Part shown: one piece after another, positions 49,535 through 62,025 of the stretch
Layout of the letters: each line of letters opens with the position of its first letter
Numbering within the stretch: the first letter of the stretch is position 1
Origin: Hyphochytrium catenoides
Lineage: Eukaryota; Protista; Hyphochytriomycota
Length of the DNA: 64,000 nucleotides
Reading direction: 5' to 3'
NCBI GenBank assembly: GCA_900088475.1
Contig: FLMG01000683.1
Coordinates: 54,370 to 118,369 of the forward strand
Made by a program: the position numbers and the translations under genes
The notes under the pieces: model-generated
What the model saw: the letters and a program-made list of their open reading frames with translations, nothing else
Told to the model about the DNA's origin: nothing
Database searches by the model: none

Positions 49535-49625
49535 GGGGTAGTGCCCGGCTCTCCTGCTTGGCAGACCGTCTTTTAGAAATAAGTTAGATGATTGGTCTGC
49601 CAAGGTTGAGGCCAGCAACTACCCC
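49535..49625. other. ~90-nt imperfect inverted repeat / RNA hairpin between two convergent genes
   Basis: GGGGTAGT (49535-42) pairs with ACTACCCC (49618-25); CTTGGCAGACC (49557-67) pairs with GGTCTGCCAAG (49594-604); GGC/GCC and CTC/GAG pair in between. Confidence 0.8.
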
Positions 49626-49687
49626 AAGGCAAGGTCCGTGCATGTCATGGTAAACATGGATAGGTAGCTGTAGACTTGGTTGACAGC

Positions 49688-50224
49688 TTACTGCACGAGC
49701 AGGAACTGATTGCTGTTGGGGTCCATCTCGGTGAAACTCCAGATATCACCGACAGAGCCAGGGATGGGGGTGAATAGGTCTACGTCCAGACCATGTGGCT
49801 GCTCTAAAGGTTTTGAGAGATCAGACTGCACCATGTTCATGAAGATTGGGTCGAAGATGTCGATAGCAGCGAGTTGAGGGAATGCCTCGAGTGCCGCAAT
49901 GGTCTCTGCGATGGCGTCGGTTAGCGTCTGGCTCCTGATTCGTTTTACAGCCATAGGCGGCTCTGAGAAATGATCCTCATCACCGCTGCTAGCAGCTTCC
50001 TGATTACGCTTCTTGCTGCGCACTTGCCGCTGGATGCGATTGGCCTGTTGTCTGTGATACTCACAAAATCTGTGAGGTTTCAAGTTGTCCTTGATGGCAC
50101 AAGCTTGACGGCAGTTGCCAGCGCCATACTTGCACAGTGCTACGGGTTGTTGGATGGCAGAGTCCTTGGTCTCGGCAGGCGTGGTAGTTACAGCTGTAGT
50201 GGTGGCTGGTGCACTAGATGCCAT
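49688..50224 (-). CDS. Intronless Cys/His-finger protein (oomycete-type C-x6-C...H-x2-C-x2-H-R-x2/3-AN-x2-QR motif), putative transcription factor
   Basis: CKYGAGNCRQACAIKDNLKPHRFCEYHRQQANRIQRQVRSKKR, followed by an acidic/hydrophobic C-terminus; clean 178-aa ORF. Confidence 0.75.
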   Translation of the reverse strand: MASSAPATTTAVTTTPAETKDSAIQQPVALCKYGAGNCRQACAIKDNLKPHRFCEYHRQQANRIQRQVRSKKRNQEAASSGDEDHFSEPPMAVKRIRSQTLTDAIAETIAALEAFPQLAAIDIFDPIFMNMVQSDLSKPLEQPHGLDVDLFTPIPGSVGDIWSFTEMDPNSNQFLLVQ

Positions 50225-50544
50225 TCTTCTTCTGTGCCTGAATGTATGGGCTTGAACTTGCTATTGATGGGGCTGTGAGAAGCAGAAGAACCACGTGGAA
50301 ATGTGGGTAAGCTGCTCACAAGGCTCCAGGAGTTGGAGGAGATCTTCGCAGTCGGGAGAAAAATTGAGTCTGAGGCGGTCGAGCATTCTTGGTGGCAGGA
50401 TCTTCTTGGCCAGCGTCGAAGTTCGTCCCTTGCCCAACAAAGAGATGGAGTGAGAGGGGACGGAGGGTAGGAGGGAAGAGAGCATGTAGTCCATCAGCCA
50501 TCACAATGGCCTAAGCAAACCTCACTACGTTTCTCTATCGCCCC

Positions 50545-50548
<4 letters not shown>

Positions 50549-50602
<54 letters not shown>
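50549..50602. repeat. Perfect (CT)27 microsatellite upstream of the Cys/His-finger gene
   Basis: 54 uninterrupted nt of CT, ~325 bp upstream of the ATG at 50224. Confidence 0.97.
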
Positions 50603-50606
<4 letters not shown>

Positions 50607-52549
50607 ATGCAGCTTAGTCCTCTCTCATAGAGCTGATGACACTTGGACAGTAGGCGTTTCTGTAGGTTATTCGGCGTGTTCTATCAAGAGAGAGAGAGAG
50701 AAGGCGAAAGCGAGGAAAAGGGTGAAAATACAAAGAAACGCACGGTAGACGAAGAGTAAGGCCCTTAGTTATTGTTAGGGCTCCCATCGGTTTAAAAGGT
50801 CTACGAAGGTTACATGTAGGAATCTAGGCTTCAGTTCTAAATTGTGTTCTATTTCGTCTACCTAATCACCTAGAGATCACGGTACATCTAGTCTTCTTGG
50901 TAAAGAGTCAAAGGTTAGAATCGGCAAACAGCCATTTTCGTCAGAGAAGTTCTCCATGAAAAGCAGGAAACAAAGAACGGGAAAAGATATCGAGGTTCGG
51001 ACCGTATATTTTGGTTCTAAAACCCCGCGGAAACGTCTAAGATTCCAGGTAAATCTTTCACGAAATATTCCCAACTTTGTGCATTTGCTAATTCCCTTGG
51101 TCCCACCATTGTCCACCTGACCACGAGGACCAGAAGAGAAGGGATTGCTGTACTACACCCTCTCTGGCGCCAACCCACCAATTTAGGGCTCAAGAACAGG
51201 TACATTTACTTCACAATGAGCAAACAAAATGGGTTGGTTGGTTGATGTTACAGCACATGTAGATTGTACCGACGGCTACGCTTCTTTGGGCCTTAATTTG
51301 AAAGCCACCGAATCTATGCTAGAGCAGATAACGTGTATCGGAGATAAATGGCCCCAAAAAGCTAATACCAGAAGAGGTGATTCTTATAAAACTGTCGACT
51401 TTTCTACAGGTTTATGATTGAGTGAACGAATGGGAGTAAAGAAAAAAAAAGGTTTTATGGATTCAGATGTTCAAACCATTATATCTGATCTTCAGATAAG
51501 GGCCTAATAGGCAGTTCTGGGCGTGGGACCTTGAAGGCATGTTCTGGCCCCTCCTTGGCTCATGGCGGACCTGGACTTGCAGCTTCTTTGCCTCCCCTCT
51601 CAACCCCTTCACTTGCCATAGAACTGGGGGTAGAGGGAGAAATCAAGCGCTTCATACATTAACACCGGAGGACAAAGAGAAGGCTGGGGACTAACATGGA
51701 AAGACAGAGGCCAAAAGTCGTCTGTCACTCTCCCGCTCTGTCTCTGTCTAACACCATTCAAACTATAGCCTACTCTATATCTACCCGTTTCTCTGTCTTC
51801 CGTCTTCTCTCCATGTCCTTCCATTTTCCGCTCCTCCCTCCTCTTCTCTGCTCCCCCACTGTCTCCAAACTCCTTTGTGTCTCTGCTGCCTGTGGACCCC
51901 TTGAATCTAGCGGCTAATGTGAGGATAATCCAGTAAAGGCCTCTCGATCAGGGGCTTTGCACCTGCAAGGCCGAGGTCGGACAGCTCATTGGGGCTTGGA
52001 GCTCCTGCCACAGACTTATAGACGTGATTAGAACAGTTTGGACCTAAGTCATTCTAACCTGGAGGCTGACCGCTCACTGTCTATTGTCATGGCCTAAGAT
52101 AAAGTACTAAGAGTTGGAGACATGGTCAAGCAAATGCCTATATTGGAGTTCAACAAGTAGCCACGAGGTTCTATGTCTTTGTAAGGTAGTTCAAGTGCTA
52201 CTTTTTAGGGCAGGACAGCAGTAGCCCAGGCTGTGAGTTGCTGGCAAGCATTGTCGATCCCCTCGCCTAGTATTCCCCTCTAGGATTTTTAGAACCATCA
52301 GCAATGTGAGGAGAGCTGTAAATAATAAGGAGAAAAGAAGCTGGGTTGGGAGGTCAAGAAAAATTTTCATCAACGTTAGAGAACTTGCACGTGTCGTAAT
52401 GAGGTTGTCCAGAAGCCGCTCCCCATCTTTGGGCTGTCCTTCCTTGCGGTTGATGGATGAACTACAAGTCAGGGCTATAAGCACACTTCAAGGTCACGAG
52501 TAAGGACCTTTGTAGGGGCCAGCTGCCATCCATCTTTGGTGCTAGAAAG

Positions 52550-52690
52550 AGATAGGACTTTGCCAGCTCTTCATCCAACAAAGGGGCCAAATGTCCTACG
52601 GCAGAGGTTTAGCCCTCCCACTTGCACTTGTAACATAGGAGCTCCTTTGTAACTGGCTCCTTTGTGGAGGAAAGGCTCCAAAGACAACGA
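52550..52690 (-). pseudogene. Decayed chromodomain-like remnant
   Basis: KELLCYKCKWEG*TSA followed, after a 1-nt shift, by (E)DIWP; resembles YLVKWKGY...DTWEP. Confidence 0.4.
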
Positions 52691-55600
52691 AGGAAAAGAG
52701 AGGATCGGAGAATAAAAGTCTGTTCTTGGCACGGGGTAGACAGCAGCCCATTGTCTCTTGATCCCAAGGTTCGGCCAGTTTCTTGCAGCATTTTGTTGGA
52801 TGAAGAACTTGCCTCGATGCTCCTGCATCTATTCTAAGGCACGAGGCCGCTGGTCTAATCTTCTTAGGGCGCGCTCAGACTCAGAGTGTGTGGCACGCAC
52901 TCTTTCTTTGGACTGGTATATACCGTTGCGCAGCTCCGAAAGTGCTGATGTTGTTGGAGCCATTGAAGCCTCGTCATTGTACAAGCTGCTGTCACACCCT
53001 TATTAGTGTCTTAGCCAGCCAATGTCAAACTCCTTCTCCTTTTTCCTTTATCATTATTGCCTTTGTTTCCCTGTTTCCGGGTTGGTGGTCGCCTACAATG
53101 CTTGGCTGAAGCTGCATGATGGTCACTGCTCACTCGTCACCAAACATACCACAAGGAAGTGGGAGGAATAAGGAAAGTTCTATGAAACTCCACACAGTCG
53201 TAGAACTACGGCCAGCCTTCTTCCCTTTGTCGTCTCCATTTCCCGTGTGGCTGGGAGACTGTTTCCTTGGCCTAAGTGTACAAGTACACATAGAAAGTAT
53301 GTGAAGAAGGAGAAAGAAAGCTTTCGGAATCAGTAGAAGGAAGGATGTTGGTGTGAGCTGCGAGGCCCTAGAACTACTTCCTAAGTCTCCTCATGGACTC
53401 ACGAGCAGGAGATCGGATCCTTTTATGCTTCTTTCTCCGGCTCTAACGATCTTCGCTTGCGTTCTCCTGTTTCCTCTCTCATCACCGTTAGATAAAAATC
53501 AATCTTAGGCGGAATGCCCTCTCTTTGGCACTTGCTCTCTGTCTCCCACATCACCTCTTTCCTCTCTAGAACTATCTACCTTCTTGAGCATTCTGCTGAA
53601 ACTTTGTTGGTCCTTTTGGCTAGTCACCCTTCTCCTTTGCTCTTTGGCCTCTTCTCGCCATTGTCACTGCGCTTGCTTGTTCCCCCATTATCCAGCAGGG
53701 GAAGACTCAAAGGTAGTTCTAGCTCTATCTATGAAGAGAGGAAGCGAAAATCTTGCCAGGCAAACAGTGAGGTTTATTCAAACCAGCAATCGTCTTAGCC
53801 TGTCCCCTCCTCACAACCTATGTCCTGTGGGATTCAACACTTGCTGTCGATAGCTTGTTATCAGTCACTGTGATGGACTGTGAGAGCTATCCAACAACCT
53901 CTGGAAGCCTGGCTGTGCCTTTTCTTTTGTACAAAGCCCCTCTTCTGCCCTCAACAGCCTCTTCTACTCTTTTGGTCGCTCCCTTCTATTGATCAGGCTG
54001 GCGGCAGTTCTCCTGTTCTCTGTTCCCAAAGCCTCGGGAAAGGAGGGACAGGGCTCGAAGCAACCAACAGAATGTGACGTCGAAGTCTCCTTGATTTTCT
54101 ATCTTGCTTTGTTGAAGTGTTTGGCTGTGGTCGGACGATGAGGGAAGGGAGGAAGGGAGAGAGCAATGGGCCAAACTGGGGTCCGTTGGATGTTCTCTTG
54201 CTGCCTTCCGCATCCGTCTTTGCTCTTTGCCGGTTGCGTCTGGACCTTCTCTTTCACTCTCTAGAGAAGCGGTAAAAGGTGAAAGTCCCCGAGACAAATG
54301 AGTTAATAAATAGGAGGGCAGCGGTCTGTTTTAGAGTCCAGTCAGAAAGGACAGAAAGAGTGAGGTAGATAGGTTGGGGTGATGCACATCTTCTGTTCTT
54401 TCTTGTCCTCTCACTTGTTGTCTGCTTCTGATTGCAAAGGAGTGAGTATGAGAACGGTGCTTCCACGCTTCCAGCTTCCGCTCGCCACCCAAAGGAGGAA
54501 TTCTTGAAGTTAAAGAGAGATAGAGAGGGAAGAACGTTTCGATCTTGGTTGAATGATCATTGAAAGAGCTATTGAAAGTCTCCTAGGATTGGAAGAGTCG
54601 ATGTTCTGGTGGAGACAGCCCGTCTCGCAGAACCCGCTTGGCTGCCTGCGTTCAGGAGAGGATTGTGGTGGAAGTAGAGATGGTGTCCGTCACTCTCGTC
54701 CATTCCTTCCTTCATCAATGTGCCCTTCTTCTACTTCTTGGCACTATCATCGGGGAGCTACGCATCTTCCTCCAATCGCTGTGAACACCCTGCAAACAAG
54801 AAGCAGGTTCATCTATGTTCTACGGGAGACTCGTTTACCATCACCGCGCATCTTCTTTATCGCTTTACGGAAGCCGGTTCGCGGCGTCTTATACAAGGTC
54901 CTTGGGCAAAAAGAAGGATCGCTCTCCTGTCTGACCGATTGAATAAATAAAGCGATGCTTTCCTCGCAGCTCGACTCTTTCTCTTGCGCTTTGACCTCAA
55001 TTCTAGTCGCCAATTGCACCACATAGTTCTATATAAGGGTGCAACTAGAAGGGCCTTCGTCGTCTTCTTCAGCGTTACCCAGGCAAAGAGTGACACGAAG
55101 AGGAGGGGTCGTGCCCCAAGCCATCATTATAGGTGCTGAGCGAAGAGCCATGAGGGAGCCCGATGGGGAAGTAGAGCCAGAATGGACGGTGCAAAGCAAT
55201 CTGAAAGATTTGTTTCAACACAGCAGATGAGCAAGAACTCATCATCACCCACGCCCCATCGTGCTTTCTCCCCTATTCTGCTCCTGGGCGTTGCTGCGTG
55301 CACTTCCTCTTGTTGGTCTCAACCATAGCTCTGCAGCACCGCTGCTCTCTATATATATCCCCTCTACTGGCCTACGAAGCCCTACGTAGAGGAAGAAAAT
55401 GATCTGATGTGAAGATAGATCTTCAGCTAGAGATCACATGCCTGTTATCCATTTCCCACATGTATCATATCGCCGGCTCTTTAGCAGGGCGGATCGCTCT
55501 GGTTATACATCAGAGAACTGTCCAATAACAACAGAGAAGGTTTACTCTCTTCTCGTCATCATTCGTTGTATCATGGGTGAGAAAGAACAGCGTGCCGATG

Positions 55601-58600
55601 ATTTTCAGTTAGCACTGCTGCGGAAGAAGAGACAGAACCGACGCTAGCTGTTGGCACGCAAGAGGAGCTCATAGGTTACGTCAGTGCCAGCCCTGTTGTT
55701 TGGTGATTGGCAAGCAGCTGCCCCCGAGCCGCACAGGTGTAGGAGGCAGAAGGCACATGCCTGTCGGGGCTTGAGCGTCCTTGTTGACGAGAGGAGGTAG
55801 AAAACTAGACTGTCCGTTCATCAATGACTACTGACTCACCAGAGGAGAAAAGAGAACCATAACGGTTGAGAGACATCAGCCTTCTATGATAATGTATGAC
55901 CATTTCAATCGAGCTCCCCATGGTCCTCAGGACCTCACTCTACGTTGATGTTCTATGATTAGATGCTCCTGATCAGCTGAGACTAAAACGGTAGTAAAAG
56001 AGTCTGAGGCGGGCAAGAAGAAGGTAGCAGAACCCATAGATGATGATCGTCACATCGTCACCCGTCTGGGCAAAGAGCTAGTCTCTGCGCATACTCTGGC
56101 CCCCGAAGCTGCGTAGGCGCAGCATTACCTTCTAATAGCTGCTAGCGCATTCCTTTCCTCTCTAAAAATTATACGTTTAACTGCAACTCTGATTCTTTCA
56201 TGGTCTTAGGAGCGGTGTGCACAACATCTGCCGTCACCGTCCTACAACGTCAGCATCTCAATGATGAAGCTCTGGACCTTGACGGTAAAGTCAACGGAAC
56301 AGATCTGCAGTATCTCCCTGCACTGTCCAGTCATAACCGCTGCTTAACGCCTCGTGGCGGGTGATGGTGCTCAAAGTGGCGCGCGGCATGACCGCTCCGC
56401 TGGTCGAGCAACAAGCTGCTTTGTCCTTTGGCTCTCAGGACGATGAAGAGTTAGTTTTATTTACATAAAAATCATCTAACGTAGCTTTCTGGGCACCGCG
56501 AGTCGCTAACGGCGAACAAGAATCTCTTTTTATAGCATCATCTTCGCCAGGTCGAGGACTGAAGGGAAGCAAGGAGATAGCGTCCTTGCATTAGAAGATG
56601 AGATCTCAGCCCCTGACGGCGGAATCTGCATCTTCATCATCCGTCATGTTCTAGGTCTGCTGCCCTCTTGGCGCCGCGTGGTGGCTTACCATGAACGGCT
56701 GTTAACCTTCTTGACTATGGTGGGTTCGAAGCCAAAGTATCTGTTGAAGCTGTGAGGGAAATTGAGGAGCTGCTGCTGCTTCCGCCAAGGGTAAAGCATC
56801 CAGCCAGCTTCATCTTGCCAGATGCAGTAAATGTCCTCATCCTAAAGAGGTGACTCGACTCAACAGAGGAGCCATGATGGAACCACCAAGGGATCCTAGT
56901 TCCATCTTCGCTGACCTGAAGAAGCAGTTTACACTTCCGCCATCTCTAGTAAGCAAGGCCTCTTTGGACCTGGACTCAGTCTCTTTGTCTCTCGTCTAAC
57001 CACGAACTCTCATTCGTCTCTACTTAGACAGACGCTTCCTTCAAAGAGCTGCGATGGGTCACAAGGCAGGAGATATTTTTGCTTCTTCTCCGCGAGGTCT
57101 GTTCTCCACTTTACCGGTCACCTTTCGACCACGACAGACTCATCACTGGCGATGTCTCTTCGCTTCAGCTGAAGCCTCACGTCTGGACTCTCTGCAGATT
57201 CTGTCATCCTAGTTAACGGCTTTTCTGCCTGTCCTACTACCCTTACAGCTTCCGACAAGTGAAGAAGCGTTCATCCAGTTGCAAACTCTGATTGATGCAC
57301 GCAAAGCCGCTCGGCGCAGTGAGAAGCTTCAGGGAGAGTCCATGTATGTCTCCGGCAGTTTTCTTGAACTTCATCCTTTTCTCCTGGTTTCCTAGTATGT
57401 CCGTCCGTCTGTTCGTCACGTCTATACTGCGCTGGGAGAACAGCATACGTGAGGACAGCGAGGTTGAAAGAGGGAGCATCAATGTTGAAGAGTGTACTGT
57501 CTCGCCAAGTGGTGTCGGAATAAAGAAAGTGCGATACAAAGAGATTGTGGCGTAGGCACTGATGGATGGAGAGATGACCTAGCCATACTGAGGGGACTAA
57601 TGACCGACGGCACGACTAAGCTCTGCGGCAATGCTCGTTCTCAAAATACTTCCTGTTTCTTTGATCTTCGCGCCTTCTGCTCTAAAGCCGACGAGTCTCT
57701 CCTTTTGCAGCTCTATAGAGGACAAGAGGCAGAATGAGGAAGAATTCAAGGGTCAGTTTATGTGGATAGCAGAGAATGAGCTGAAGGTCTGTCATGCAAA
57801 AGAAACCTACGCTCTGACTTTATCTCTCACTAACTGTCCCTTAGTGTAAGCTGCACCGCAACTCCCGATGCTTGTCTTCGTCTCCTCTTGTTCTCATACG
57901 TAGTTAGTATCTTGTCTCCTCTCGTGACTGCTTTTGTTCCAGACTTCTGAACCAATGGCCCTACCGTGCTGGCACTCTTCTGTATTTGTCTTTAGCGCTT
58001 AGGCGGTCCTTCAAACATCACTTGGGAGAAGCTGAAGACCAGCAAAGAACAATGCCATCAGGTCTCAGAGCAGGGGCCACCGCTTTTGGGTATCACGGCT
58101 CTAAGAGTCATTCCCTTCCTAACATAGGCTTATAACTTCCTCCTGAAGAAGCATCAAGCCACCCGGAGCCAAGGTTGGCTTCTTCTCAGTGGCTCGTACT
58201 CTTCCTCAAACTGTCACATCGTATCCTCTAGAATTTCTCCATTCACAGCTACGGTCATGGCGCTTCTTCAGCATCCATCCTCATCGTCGCTTCTCTTAGC
58301 ACACTGTCTTTTTCATCAAGTCTGAGGGAAGAAGCTGACAGATGTTGCAGATCTTGTCTCGTCCTCTAGCGAGAAGAAAACAGTGGCATCAAAGAAGAGA
58401 AGTGCCCCAGTCCGCAAGTCACAGCCTTCTACCACTCATGGCACCAGCCATACTGAGGCTAAACTTTCTCTGGCATTAACACTCTCGGACAAAGGCAATA
58501 CTAAGGAGGAAGGGCAAGCGCTATGTAAGCTTCTTCAAATGCTTGAAACTGCAACTTATTTGCTGCGTACTGCTTCTATCTGTATGGTTCAGTGCAGCAA

Positions 58601-59529
58601 TACATCATTTCCGCCTTTATAGTGTCGTTTCTTTCGATCACTCTGTGGAACATCGCACTTGGCTCCCAAAACATAGGGGGGAAATACTTCTAGGCGGTAG
58701 TGCTCTTGCATGAGCAATTCTCTACCTGCCGCTTATCGTGGTGGTACGACAATGTTATGCTACATCTACTAATCCCTTTCTCTTCGTCGACGCAGCCGCT
58801 CGCTCAGCTCACTCATGGATGAACTCCCAAGGAGCTTCCATAAGAATTTCCTCCGGTCTCGGCAGTGGCGGCGGGCTGCCTCGAACAAGTCCAGGATCTC
58901 AGGTGAAGCCAAGCCCTGTCAAGGAGGTGAGCACTTCGAGTAATATGGATGACAGAAGCACAATACGTCAAGGTTGAAGTGAATGAAAGAAGGACGGTTA
59001 GAACCTCGTGGGACGCAAGTATTTAGAAGCTAAGAAGAGGGGGAACAGGGTACTTGCGGGAGAAATTGCAACAGAAGGGACACCGTGGCATTTTGAAGTT
59101 GTGGATTTAAGCTTAACCAGCCATTCCTATTGGAAAGGTGGTCAGGTTAGAGGCAGAGAACAAAGAGCTACGACAAAAAGTGGAAGAGCTTCAGAGCTTG
59201 TATCAAGCTTTGGTAACAGATAGCGGTGCAACTAACGGTAAGTAAGCACTCGCTTCAAGCAGGACTAATACTGCAATCCCTAAGGTTGTTATGGCACGAT
59301 TCACCTTTACGACTCGATATGTGTCGGGGGCTCAGCCCATTTCTTAGGCAGCGCTTCCTAAGCAAAGCCATTTTTAACGGTGTCATCTCCCAGCAGTAGA
59401 TAGTCGACGTTTAAACCTCCTTAAGGCACAGAACTATCACTTGCAAAGACAGGCAATGTCCTTCCCAATTATATCCCAAAAGAACCGTCTCTTATTGACT
59501 GTTAATGATGTTGCTTAAAGGTGGAGACG

Positions 59530-61858
59530 ATGTACCTGGACGCCACTATACGAGAGCATAACCACAAAGATCTCACGGTCTTCTTAGAGTCTGTGGAAGC
59601 TTTCCTGGAAGAAACGGCAGGTGACAACCAGACCCTGAAAGGAAATCTTCGGGTAAGAGGACCCTGTGTGTACTCTGCACACGATGTATGACGCTCCGCT
59701 ATCGCTTAGTATTTCCAAGATCTGAAGCAGCGAATAACGGAGGCAGAGCGAAGGGCTAGTGCTGGATTGCATCAGAAACTGAGGTAAGACTGTCACCAAA
59801 CATTTGATGCTTCGCGATCTGTGTCTCTTTCTTGGAGGCCTATTATTTTGTTTATGGTAAATAGGAACTGACAGAAAATGAACTGTAGGTTAGGGACTGA
59901 ACCTGGCAAGGGAGTAGGAGAGTTTACCCTTTCATTGGAGCCCGAGGTGCTGGATGTGTTTGCAGGTACGGATGAGGGATTCATTTGGCGCAGGAGACTT
60001 CTCTTTTCAGACATATGTGCACCGATTGTAGCCCAAAGCACAAAGCATCTCAGGTTTGATCGCATACAGAAGCTTGAGTCTGAGCTCTACATCGTGGGTA
60101 AGTCTAGGTTAGGCCCTCCTCTTTGCTCCATAAGCTTATCATCAAACTGCTCAGGAAGAAAGCTCAGCGCTCTAGCGGAAGAGCTGCTATCTCTCCCACT
60201 GTCGCTTAACCCCACGCTGCAAGAGAAGAACAACACGGGGTTTAAGGTGATAACGATATGGACATCGAGCACATTCTTATCTCCTCCAGTTCTGGCATAT
60301 TCGCGTCCTACCCCATACATAATGCTCTCCGTTTCGTACACGCTTTCGTACGTCCCTATCTCGCCCATTTCGTGCCTAAGATGTGGCCTGCCAATAGGTC
60401 ACTGAGCTCTCCGAGTCTCTCCAGCGTCTGCTATTTGAGGTAGGCTCTTTGGCTGCAGTGGTCCCTTCCAATCCTGTGGGACCTGGCCAGAGGTAGAGTT
60501 TCCATGAAATCTTCATTTGGCTGCACTTATCATGGCTCTACTCTTTGGCTTATTTGATTGTCCTGGGGAGAGACTGCTAAGTCTGTATGACTATCTCAGC
60601 ACTGAGTACCAAGTACCCGACCCAAATAGTTTTATTGAGTCGCTTCCTCCATTTCGGACCAACAGGTGAGAATGTCGGTGACTCTTCTTAGCTGATCTTC
60701 ATACTTTCTATAAGTCAAGTCAACTGCTGATCCCTTTGTTGAAAATCTCTTTAAATGTCCTGTCTGTTAAGTTATGATCTTATGAACTTGCTCTGCAGGA
60801 AAGAAGGGGAGGAGAGAATCATGACGCTCATCAAGCAGTTTGCAGCCTTCAAGGTGCGCAGGTCCATAGCGCAAGAGGCAGCTTAACTGTTGTTTGCTTC
60901 CCCACACCTTATCAATCGACTGCCTCTACCTCTACCTTCTTTACATTTCATCATCACTCACAAGTGGCCATTGACTTACGCCTACCCTAGGAGGCCGCAG
61001 ATGCGAGACTGGCACTTCAGAAGAAGGAGCTAGCATTCTGGAACTCGGTAAGCATCTATGACCTACTCGCCAACCAGTTATACCACTGGTCTAAGTCGAC
61101 TTATCTTCATCTGATGTACATGCTCCGGACATCATTTTCGCCTTTGATCTACAGAACTGGAGAAATCATAGTCAGGCGCTGCAAAGACTAATTGAAACGT
61201 TGCGCTCCTTGACGGAGGTTAAGACTGAGGAATGCTTAAGGGTATTTGACTCTTGTCTTCAATTGTATAGCTCATCCAAACCCTACCTCAGTTCCCGGCA
61301 CACATATCTAACTCTTCGACACAAGGAGAATATGCCAATTTCCCTTTAATTATTCTGTGTCTTTCTGCTTCTTTCTGCTCTTCCTTTGCCAACCTGAGTG
61401 CTCTAGGAGCTGGGGGGACCACTGGAGACTTTAAACTCTGCCTTCGAACAGTATAAGGAGAGGAGTGGTCACGCCGACACCTCTAACCCTTTTTTGAAGC
61501 ACTTTCTTACCACGTTTGAGGTGATATCTAGCTCTGTACCCCTGCATATATTTGTCCGTCACAACGTCCCTGCAGTCTTTTTGGTGGGACCACCTTTTCT
61601 CCTCATTGCACGTTCTACGCTCTTCCTTCGGACTCAATCTACACCAAAGGTCTATGTCAGGGTTCTTAGTTTACTCAGAAGCTAATCATGGGCCCTCATA
61701 CTGTCTCCTAGGACTATCTAATAGACTTCAAGAGGGCAGACGATAAGATGAAGCAGAAACAAACAACCTTAAGGAAGGAGTTAGACAAGGCACTCGTGAT
61801 ATACGACAACGAACTGGCATCTCTTTCCTCTGTTGCGGCGTCTCAATATAGTAAATAG
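59530..61858 (+). CDS. Uncharacterised multi-exon helical/coiled-coil protein (start and last exon uncertain)
   Basis: Short GT-AG exons join in frame: MYLDATIREHN...GNLR|YFQDLKQRITEAERR...|...KEGEERIMTLIKQFAAFK|EAADARLALQKKELAFWNS|NWRNHSQALQRLIETLRSLTE|ELGGPLETL. Stop at 61746 or 61858. Confidence 0.6.
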
Positions 61859-62025
61859 ACTTAATCGAGGATGTTGATAGGTCTGAACACTCTGTGACTT
61901 ATGGTACGAGGGAAGACGGTGGCAGAAGAAGAGAATAGTGCCGGAACCAGGAGGGGTTCGACTTGATCGAGCTGGGACGAAACCTAGACCAACATGAGGG
62001 ATAATCTCAATGTCCTAGTCGTAGA

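Noticed and set aside
52568-52807. 15-bp inverted match tcttcatccaacaaa / tttgttggatgaaga
   Set aside because: Isolated, with no TSD or further pairing seen; insufficient to call a MITE.
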